From a virus (lineage: Duplodnaviria; Caudoviricetes), in IMG/VR virus record IMGVR_UViG_3300036781_000204, positions 1 through 55,361 of that record: a stretch of 55,361 bases of DNA; one strand, written 5' to 3'. A program made the position numbers and the translations under genes. This document shows positions 49,122 to 55,361 of the stretch, one piece after another (position 1 is the first letter of the stretch; each line of letters starts with the position of its first letter). The notes below the pieces were generated by a model. The model was not told where the DNA came from. It made no database searches and saw nothing but the letters and a program-made list of their open reading frames with translations.

Positions 49122-49367
49122 TTACGCCGCCACGAGTTCGAGCTCGTTGGCTTTCGTATTCGCAGCGGTCTCAACAAGCACCTCTGCGTCCGGCGGAACG
49201 ATGGCCTCGTCCGGCATCGTGACCCCGTTAATCATGAGGTTCACGTTGTCGCCGTAGCCCAGTTGGGCACGAAGGTCTTCGTCGCGTCGGATGGAACCGA
49301 TGGTGATGGGCGAGGAACTCTCGAGAGGTTCCACGTCCACTCCATATTTAACTCTGCATTTGAACAT
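49122..49367 (-). CDS. Ubiquitin-like (beta-grasp) protein
   Basis: 81 aa; 'T(I)G.I...L....NV.LMING...D..V..DAEVLVETAANTKA' ThiS/MoaD-like pattern; adjacent to E2, E1 and JAB. Confidence 0.75.
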   Translation of the reverse strand: MFKCRVKYGVDVEPLESSSPITIGSIRRDEDLRAQLGYGDNVNLMINGVTMPDEAIVPPDAEVLVETAANTKANELELVAA

Positions 49368-49412
49368 TTGATAATCCTTTGTTCAGGTTTTGGTTGGTTT
49401 ATGCGGCTCGAA

Positions 49413-49703
49413 TTACAGAGCTGCTTGAGTGCCGGCGCCGGTGTTGACCGCAACCGTGGTCGCTTCAGCCAGCTTCACGGCCAGGTCGTTCACTTCAGCC
49501 TGCGCCTTGCCGATTTCCTGCTGGAGCACCGCGATGCGCTTGTCGCTTTCCGCGTTCTCGGCATCAATCGCGGACTTCCGCGCGTTGTTCACACGCTGCG
49601 TTTCCAGCTCACCGTTCACGGACTGAATCAGCGGCTTGATACGACGGTCAGCGAGTGCGGTGACTTGGGTATTGACGTAGGCTTTAACTTGATCTGCGTT
49701 CAT
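49413..49703 (-). CDS. Coiled-coil hypothetical protein
   Basis: Heptad-rich; directly upstream of the Ubl gene. Confidence 0.65.
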   Translation of the reverse strand: MNADQVKAYVNTQVTALADRRIKPLIQSVNGELETQRVNNARKSAIDAENAESDKRIAVLQQEIGKAQAEVNDLAVKLAEATTVAVNTGAGTQAAL

Positions 49704-49826
49704 TTTTTCTGTCTTTCTTTCGTTGTGTGCGATAGGAGCAGTTCGCTCCGTTTGACGTATCGCTCGTCACCAGTTTGAAGACTGGCCTTGGCCGGCTCAC
49801 TGTTTTGAACCGGCCAACGCTAGTTG

Positions 49827-50270
49827 TCAATACTTTGCGAACTCTCCGTGGAGAGTTTTTATCCTTTCCTCAGCATACTGTTTGGCCTCGGCCAATTTTT
49901 TGAAGTATCGAACCTTATCCCTTTTTCCGTCTTTAGTGATCTGGACGATGAACTTTTTGGCGCCTTTATGCCAGTGAACACATTTTACTCCCGTAGTATT
50001 GTTGGATAAACGCTCTCGGTTCATTTGATTTTGAGACTTGGTGCAGAGACGCAGGTTGGACTTTCGGTTATCCAACTTATTTCTGTTTTTATGGTCTCGC
50101 TCCATTTCATAAGGACAGTCAATAACGTCCCAATGCATGTGGTGTGACAACCCGTCAACCTTTCTCGCGGCATATCTCCCGGTGAAGTGCCACTTGAATT
50201 TGGAGAGTCTTTCAAAATCATCGTCATCGACGATTGCCTCCTTTCCTTGTGTTAATTTTATAGTTTTCAA
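49827..50270 (-). CDS. HNH-AP2 homing endonuclease
   Basis: 'IKLTQGKEAIVDDDDF', 'DHKNRNKLDNRKSNLR', AP2-like 'TGVKCVHW...F..LAEAK'. Confidence 0.9.
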   Translation of the reverse strand: MKTIKLTQGKEAIVDDDDFERLSKFKWHFTGRYAARKVDGLSHHMHWDVIDCPYEMERDHKNRNKLDNRKSNLRLCTKSQNQMNRERLSNNTTGVKCVHWHKGAKKFIVQITKDGKRDKVRYFKKLAEAKQYAEERIKTLHGEFAKY

Positions 50271-50495
50271 TCAATGATTTCCATTTTTTCGGCCATGAAT
50301 CTGGAATAAAACCGCATACGCCAAATATCCCGCGTCCACGCCCTTGGCCTCCAATTCACTCTGGAACGAGTGGAAATACAGCTTCAGCTTCTTTCCTTTT
50401 TCAAAATCGTCCAGCGATTCATTTAGGATGCGGGTGACTTCCTTACATTGATCCTCAGTGAGAATCTCACCGAGCGAAGTGATTTTTTCTGACAT
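50271..50495 (-). CDS. Hypothetical protein
   Basis: MSEKITSLGE... in the early arm. Confidence 0.5.
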   Translation of the reverse strand: MSEKITSLGEILTEDQCKEVTRILNESLDDFEKGKKLKLYFHSFQSELEAKGVDAGYLAYAVLFQIHGRKNGNH

Positions 50496-50649
50496 GATGG
50501 GGATTCTTTTTGATAACGAACTTCGGTGGTTTCTGAATGGTGGCGCACATGACTTGACCAGTGGGATGGACCACCGTCCAGTGAATGATAACCCCGTCGC
50601 CGTGCTCGATCTGCTCGAACACGGACGCCTTATCTTTGGCTGCCGACAT
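50467..50649 (-). CDS. Hypothetical protein
   Basis: AAAGGACA upstream of the ATG. Confidence 0.55.
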   Translation of the reverse strand: MSAAKDKASVFEQIEHGDGVIIHWTVVHPTGQVMCATIQKPPKFVIKKNPHHVRKNHFAR

Positions 50650-50724
50650 GATTCTGTCCTTTCATTTGTTCGTGGCTTTAGCGCCACAGTCCGGGGACTC
50701 ACGTGAAATCACCGGAGTGTGAGA

Positions 50725-51297
50725 CTATGGCTTGAACGTGCCCTTGTTTTTGATGATGTTCTTGCAGATGGCGACGAGGCGCTCTGTGTCGTTATCTTCA
50801 TAATTTCCAAAAAAGACTGCCTTTCCCAAACTTTCGTCTTTGGCATTCCTGTGATGTGAATCGGTGCGCTGCTCAAACGCAGCTTCCAACAAGTCCACTT
50901 GGGCCTTCGGAAAGTATTTCTCGAGAATCTTCATTCCCTCGTCGTAACCATCCATCTCGAATCCTTTCTCAATGCTTCCTGGGATAGTGTCCTGATTGAA
51001 CAGTCGGATGGCGCTAGCGCACGCGGCACCCACCGCACAACAGGTGCAATTCGCAGCCGGAGTATCAATCACAATCGTCTTTCTTCCACCAAGCAACGCG
51101 GCCTGGATAATCTTGGAATTATTTTCCCCAGCTCCCGGAGATTCGTTTCCAGCCGGGTCAACTTCCAGCCACGTGCCTTTCTGGATGTCATACTTATGGG
51201 CTTTTATCTGCTTGAGAATGTCGTTCGCGATGGCGATGCGCTTCTCGGCGGCGCCCAATCGGGAGAACGATTTTGGTTTTGATGCTGACTTTGGCAT
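50725..51297 (-). CDS. Hypothetical protein
   Basis: AAAGGACA upstream of MPKS; 'CTCCAVG', 'RL.AI..NII.N.GTF.P'. Confidence 0.7.
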   Translation of the reverse strand: MPKSASKPKSFSRLGAAEKRIAIANDILKQIKAHKYDIQKGTWLEVDPAGNESPGAGENNSKIIQAALLGGRKTIVIDTPAANCTCCAVGAACASAIRLFNQDTIPGSIEKGFEMDGYDEGMKILEKYFPKAQVDLLEAAFEQRTDSHHRNAKDESLGKAVFFGNYEDNDTERLVAICKNIIKNKGTFKP

Positions 51298-51367
51298 TTT
51301 TTGTCCTTTGTTTTTGGAACGTGATTGTTCCAGTGTGGCCAGACTCGCCGGCCACAGTGGAGGAATC

Positions 51368-51390
51368 AAATACGCAACGGTTGCGTTTTT
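51368..51390. promoter_or_regulatory. Palindromic operator-like site, copy 4
   Basis: AAATACGCAACGGTTGCGTTTTT, essentially intergenic. Confidence 0.65.
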
Positions 51391-51610
51391 ACTTTAGTCC
51401 TTGGCGCTTCAGTCGCATCGTGCGTTTGAATTTCGAGCGTCGTTCAGGGGTCCATGCTCTGAGTTTTCTGGGCAGTGGAAGCTGGAGTGGGTTTGGCAAC
51501 TTGCTGATGTCTCCAGTTAAAATTCCATCGAACTCGTTTTGAAGTGCTTCGATCTGGTCTTTAATGTCCGCGGCTCGACGAAGCGAGGCGGCGCTGATTT
51601 GGATGTTCAT
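51389..51610 (-). CDS. Small basic nucleoid-associated-like protein
   Basis: 'SAASLRRAADIKDQIEALQNE...IL' coiled coil plus basic tail 'WTPERRSKFKRTMR'. Confidence 0.6.
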   Translation of the reverse strand: MNIQISAASLRRAADIKDQIEALQNEFDGILTGDISKLPNPLQLPLPRKLRAWTPERRSKFKRTMRLKRQGLK

Positions 51611-51703
51611 TTCTGCCCTTTCATGTGGCGCTGATTCATTCAACGCCAGAGGCAATCTGCCTCGCTCGTGGTGCGACTTGCGCCACACCACGACCGAAGC
51701 CGG

Positions 51704-51853
51704 TTACGGCTCAGGAGCTTCGTCAACCAGGTTTTGCACGCCATCGACGAGGGTTTCGTAATTGGATTGTGTGTCCGGCTTTTGCTCGCTCGTTTCCGCA
51801 GTCGCGATCAATGCCTTCATTTTTTCAACCCACGCTTTTTGTTCTTCGTTCAC
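51704..51853 (-). CDS. Hypothetical protein
   Basis: AAAGGACA upstream of GTG 51853. Confidence 0.45.
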   Translation of the reverse strand: MNEEQKAWVEKMKALIATAETSEQKPDTQSNYETLVDGVQNLVDEAPEP

Positions 51854-51895
51854 TGTCTGTCCTTTGGTTAATGCTGGCGTTATTGCCAGCAAATC

Positions 51896-52339
51896 TTAAA
51901 TTCTTTTCAGCACCAATTTTTCCACATTCCATACGCACCCGCTCGCCACGTCCCACGGGTAATACCACGAGCAGTCGTCGTTGAACCGAAGTGAGTGCTG
52001 GTAGGGACTTATCTCGATTCCGTCAAACTCTTTTGCCACAGCTTTCCAATCCAGGCTGGTGTGGTTGAATTGATCGGTGACACCAAATTTTCGGCTGAAC
52101 AGCAGCACGGATATGGCGTCCTGAAGCAGGAGCATGTTGCAGGCGCTCACATCGACTTCGTATTTGAGATCGTGAATCCAATGGGGCATTTCCGACTGGC
52201 ACCACTCCGACCACGAACCGTCCACGTCATACCAGAATCCCTTCGGTTTACAGTCAGGCTTGCCGGTCTGAGTTACAGAATTAAGCCTCTCGATTGGCTT
52301 TTTGCACAGGTGGGCCCTAACTATTTTTGTTTCAGTCAT
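51896..52339 (-). CDS. Hypothetical protein
   Basis: 'KPKGFWY...W.EWC...DW..VA..FDGIEI...WDVASGCVWN' conserved-looking viral motif. Confidence 0.65.
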   Translation of the reverse strand: MTETKIVRAHLCKKPIERLNSVTQTGKPDCKPKGFWYDVDGSWSEWCQSEMPHWIHDLKYEVDVSACNMLLLQDAISVLLFSRKFGVTDQFNHTSLDWKAVAKEFDGIEISPYQHSLRFNDDCSWYYPWDVASGCVWNVEKLVLKRI

Positions 52340-52409
52340 ATTTCCTTTGGTTGAATTGCCGTCAAAGAGGGCAGCGGTGAGATCGGATTCCGCTGCCGTG
52401 CTTTGTGGG

Positions 52410-52733
52410 CTATTTCCACTTAAGATGTTCGAGCCCATCGCCGTCGGGTGATATCATTCCAGACTTAACGCCCTTGTCGTAGGCTTCTGGATGCAGCTCC
52501 AATTCCTGCTTGTCGATGGTGGGTAAGAACATGAGTGAATCAGTTGGAATGATGGCTCCCCAGCTCGGCCAGGGAGCGAAAGCGATGGCGTGGTTTTGCA
52601 GAACAAATCCCTTATTGTCTGGGAGCCTGAGAGCCCACGGTGATTCCACGTAACCCTTGCCATCCTCCAGCCTGACTTTTGTAAGTGGCAGTCCCTCGAG
52701 TGGAGTTGTTACTTTAGATCGTTTGTATTTCAT
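52410..52733 (-). CDS. Hypothetical protein
   Basis: ORF in the early arm. Confidence 0.55.
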   Translation of the reverse strand: MKYKRSKVTTPLEGLPLTKVRLEDGKGYVESPWALRLPDNKGFVLQNHAIAFAPWPSWGAIIPTDSLMFLPTIDKQELELHPEAYDKGVKSGMISPDGDGLEHLKWK

Positions 52734-52752
52734 AAATAGTCAGTCGATGGTT

Positions 52753-53019
52753 TTATTCCTGATGCGATTGCTGTTCTGGTTCTTCGGGTGGTGGCGGGAA
52801 CATTCCCGAGATGTCGCTCATCTTAATCACGGTCACGTCCTTCGGTTTTTCTGGTCCGACCCACGCTTCAATCTCGACTTCGTAATCTCGCTCGGTGATG
52901 CGCTCCATTGACGCCATCATGAGCAGGAGCCGGCGGGAAGCGATGGCTGCGAATGCGGCCGCGTCCTGTTTGTCCGAGAATTTCGCATTGACCACGAGGG
53001 TCACAGTTTGTTTTTCCAT
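52753..53019 (-). CDS. Hypothetical protein
   Basis: ORF in the early arm. Confidence 0.55.
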   Translation of the reverse strand: MEKQTVTLVVNAKFSDKQDAAAFAAIASRRLLLMMASMERITERDYEVEIEAWVGPEKPKDVTVIKMSDISGMFPPPPEEPEQQSHQE

Positions 53020-53025
53020 AGGTTT

Positions 53026-53280
53026 TTATCGTCTGACGGGTGCTAGCGCATTCTCTACCACAATGTTCGATGGTTTCGAGAGACTGAAGACGCACGAGTC
53101 GTTCACATTCACGTAAATGTCGCCCTCCTCGGTAATCATTACGTTAACTTGGGAGGGCGACACGACGCGCATGAATTTGTTTCCGTCAGCGTCAGTGTTG
53201 GAGAACACGCAGTTTTTGTTTTTTGAGCTCATAAAAGAGATACCGGGGAGTATTGTCCTCCCCGGTGTTGATTTGATCAT
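53026..53280 (-). CDS. Hypothetical protein
   Basis: ORF in the early arm; start uncertain (53280 or 53232). Confidence 0.45.
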   Translation of the reverse strand: MIKSTPGRTILPGISFMSSKNKNCVFSNTDADGNKFMRVVSPSQVNVMITEEGDIYVNVNDSCVFSLSKPSNIVVENALAPVRR

Positions 53281-53282
53281 CC

Positions 53283-53816
53283 TCAGGCGTCCACCGTGTT
53301 CTTTTCCGCTTCGGCGAGCGCAGCCACTTGGCGACCACGCATCGTCTGAACTTCGGCGACGGTGCATCCGAGTGACTTGGCGATGGCCTCGTCGCTCGGT
53401 CCCGTATTCCGCTTGATTTCCTTGACCACGATGGAGATCTGTTTCACTCCATTTCCCAGGGTGCGCTGGGCCACCTTTGCGAGCGTCCAATCGGCACCGA
53501 GCGCCGCCACTTGACCCTTTACCGCGCGGAAGGCTTCATCGGACTGTCCCAAGATCGCTTTTTCGAGCGCATCCTTGTTGTCCTTCCCGGTGAGTCCGAG
53601 GGCAGTCGCCATGTCCTTGCGCGACTTCATCGTGACGCTCGAGCCCACGTCCACGCCCTTGCCATTCTTTATGACTTTGGCGCCGAACACCTTGCCGATG
53701 TCGTCATTGATGAAGCCCATTAGTCCCAACTGCTTCGGCTTTTGAGCTGTAGCCATCGTAATGGGTTCGATGTTTTCGGTGGCATTGCTGCTGGTCACTG
53801 CTGTTTCTGTTTTCAT
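53283..53816 (-). CDS. Hypothetical protein with C-terminal HTH-like segment
   Basis: 'SDEAIAKSLGCTVAEV'; AAAGGACA upstream. Confidence 0.65.
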   Translation of the reverse strand: MKTETAVTSSNATENIEPITMATAQKPKQLGLMGFINDDIGKVFGAKVIKNGKGVDVGSSVTMKSRKDMATALGLTGKDNKDALEKAILGQSDEAFRAVKGQVAALGADWTLAKVAQRTLGNGVKQISIVVKEIKRNTGPSDEAIAKSLGCTVAEVQTMRGRQVAALAEAEKNTVDA

Positions 53817-53924
53817 GACTGTCTGTCCTTTCGATCACGCCGCTTGATTGCTGCGCGCCGGTGTGAACCGGGAGCAAAGGGAAATCAATCCCTGCTCCCG
53901 AGCCACTGAGGACAGCTCTACACC

Positions 53925-54239
53925 TTATGCTTCTGGTGATGGTTGCACTTTCCAGTCACCATATCCGCCCACATTCCAGCTCTCAATGCTCCAGCCTTGG
54001 CAAGAAACAGCGAAGTCTCGAACGAAGGCAGCGATGCCAGTCCGGTGTTCTCGAATGCCACAGCTTGCCAGCCATCCACCCTCCTTTCGCCAGTCGTTTA
54101 TAACTGGTTTATCCCCCTCTTTCCACATGCCGATTGTCACCAGTCCCGAACCAGTGTTCCAAAGCACCATGTGCCATCCATAGGTGTCAATAACATCGAA
54201 TGGTCGGCCCGATTTGATTGCAGCGATGGCAGCATTCAT
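53925..54239 (-). CDS. Hypothetical protein
   Basis: Trp-rich ORF coupled to the upstream ORF. Confidence 0.5.
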   Translation of the reverse strand: MNAAIAAIKSGRPFDVIDTYGWHMVLWNTGSGLVTIGMWKEGDKPVINDWRKEGGWLASCGIREHRTGIAAFVRDFAVSCQGWSIESWNVGGYGDWKVQPSPEA

Positions 54240-54421
54240 ATCGCGTAGTCATCCCAAGCCCAATCGGTGTTCAGCGCGCGCGCTCTCACTTCGGCAGTTT
54301 GGAGACCGATGTCCCGCCCCCACGAAGCCCACTTCAGGTTGGCAATCCGAACTCGTTCAAGCCGGGCCAGCTCAACAGCCGACGCCTCATCCAACACCGA
54401 CACCATTGTTGATTGGCTCAT
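54236..54421 (-). CDS. Hypothetical protein
   Basis: Coupled small ORF. Confidence 0.45.
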   Translation of the reverse strand: MSQSTMVSVLDEASAVELARLERVRIANLKWASWGRDIGLQTAEVRARALNTDWAWDDYAI

Positions 54422-54426
54422 ATGTT

Positions 54427-54618
54427 TTAATCCTGTGTCCGAATGTGAACCGTGCGCTTGTCATCCTTCCAATCAATACCCGAGACATTGAACGAAGACC
54501 CCGAACCGTCCTCGTGTTCGATTTGATTGATGAACTTGAATTCAACATCCTCATTTGACCCTTCCACGAGGATTGATGAACGGGATACGAACGCCGTTAG
54601 CAGCTTCCACTTTGACAT
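54427..54618 (-). CDS. Hypothetical protein (first gene of the leftward arm)
   Basis: 'I..IEHEDGSGSSFNV' motif; AAAGGACA upstream. Confidence 0.6.
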   Translation of the reverse strand: MSKWKLLTAFVSRSSILVEGSNEDVEFKFINQIEHEDGSGSSFNVSGIDWKDDKRTVHIRTQD

Positions 54619-54691
54619 GTTGTCCTTTCATGAGCAGTGCTTCATGCACCGCTCTACACCCTATGCAATCCATGATGGTTAAGCCCGATAC

Positions 54692-54720
54692 TTGACGCCC
54701 GGTGTGACGCCCGGTAGGAT
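54692..54720 (+). promoter_or_regulatory. Sigma70-like leaderless promoter with internal direct repeat
   Basis: TTGACG-N17-TAGGAT-N6-ATG(54727); TGACGCCCGGT occurs twice. Confidence 0.6.
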
Positions 54721-54726
54721 GCCACG

Positions 54727-54948
54727 ATGTGGTGTAGTAAACCTTACAAGGATGCCGTTAAGGGCCAACGTGTTATCATGGAAAGACTGGATGCCGCAGG
54801 GGATAAGGAAGTTGCGCTCTTACTTTCAACTTTCGCTAAACTGGAAATGCTGAAGCTTCGACTACGAATGAAGCCAGCTCCAAAGCCAATCGACGTGAGC
54901 AAGTCGAAGGTTAAGAGCGAGCAACCAGCCGAGCCAACCGAAGCGTAA
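54727..54948 (+). CDS. Hypothetical protein
   Basis: 73 aa after the promoter; basic C-terminus. Confidence 0.55.
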   Translation: MWCSKPYKDAVKGQRVIMERLDAAGDKEVALLLSTFAKLEMLKLRLRMKPAPKPIDVSKSKVKSEQPAEPTEA

Positions 54949-55151
54949 GGAATCTCTTTCGTTGCCGACCGTCCCTACGGGGTGCCCGGTGAGGGGCGCC
55001 ATTCTGTAACGTGCACTGTCTACCTCACCCACTTCTGAGAGATTTGGATTTTGGGAATACTACGATCAGATTCCGATTGGATTCCAGTCAACAACTGGAA
55101 CATGCCGGCCGGAGTCGATCAGGAAGACCCGATGGGGAATTATTAAGGGGG

Positions 55152-55361
55152 TATTTGAGGGAACTGTGTCAAGAGTCGATAACGATAACGTAGGTAGGAA
55201 ATCTTTGCCTGGTTTTGGGAGTTGTGGGAGTTGTGGGGGGGGGGCGCGATCAAATCGTGTCACACATCTCCACTCCGGAAGATTCACCCGGAAGCGCCCA
55301 CAAGTTGTCCCCGACTCGGACATTTGCCGAACGTGATACCTGGAGTCCTTCATGACATCGC
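55152..55361. repeat. Terminal direct repeat, right copy
   Basis: Matches 1-211 with one fewer G. Confidence 0.95.

Noticed and set aside
45265-49367. A host CBASS or Bil defence island captured in the contig
   Set aside because: No CD-NTase or effector is present; E1 and E2 are separate genes; the operon uses the phage's own AAAGGACA start motif and sits inside the early arm.
50695-50712. parS-like sequence CTCACGTGAAA
   Set aside because: Only a partial match to TGTTTCACGTGAAACA, in a single copy.
1-55361. Integrase/lysogeny module, DNA polymerase, reverse transcriptase or DGR
   Set aside because: No tyrosine or serine recombinase, polymerase or RT motifs were recognised, and no TR/VR repeat pair was seen; lifestyle remains undetermined.

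Overview
The window looks like a complete, circularised ~55.15-kb tailed dsDNA phage genome with podovirus-like architecture. Bases 1-211 recur at 55152-55361, differing only in a poly-G run (11 vs 10 G). Modules in order: nucleotide-metabolism and accessory genes (0.4-5.2 kb); a glycosyltransferase/methyltransferase/ATP-grasp cluster around the portal (6-12.7 kb); head genes; a membrane/lipoprotein cluster with no recognisable endolysin; an oppositely oriented large terminase; short-tail and ejection genes including a 2114-aa polyvalent protein; and a leftward replication/early arm (primase, SF2 helicase, PD-(D/E)XK nuclease, Rad52/Mgm101-like annealase, ParB-like protein). Five free-standing HNH endonucleases are scattered through it. 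I found no integrase, DNA polymerase, tRNA or CRISPR array. The most striking element is a phage-encoded ubiquitin-like conjugation operon at 45.3-49.4 kb (Ubl, E2-like, unknown, E1/ThiF, unknown, JAB). Its Ubl ends ...ETAANTKA followed by an SsrA-degron-like tail (NELELVAA), and an intrinsic terminator separates it from the enzyme genes. Other signals: a palindrome CGCAAC(G/C)GTTGCG in four dispersed copies, an XRE HTH gene missing from the ORF track, a set of apparently leaderless sigma70-type promoters, and an AAAGGACA start motif repeated ten times. A Verrucomicrobiota host is suspected but not proven. All product calls come from reading motifs and gene context by eye; no database searches were run.
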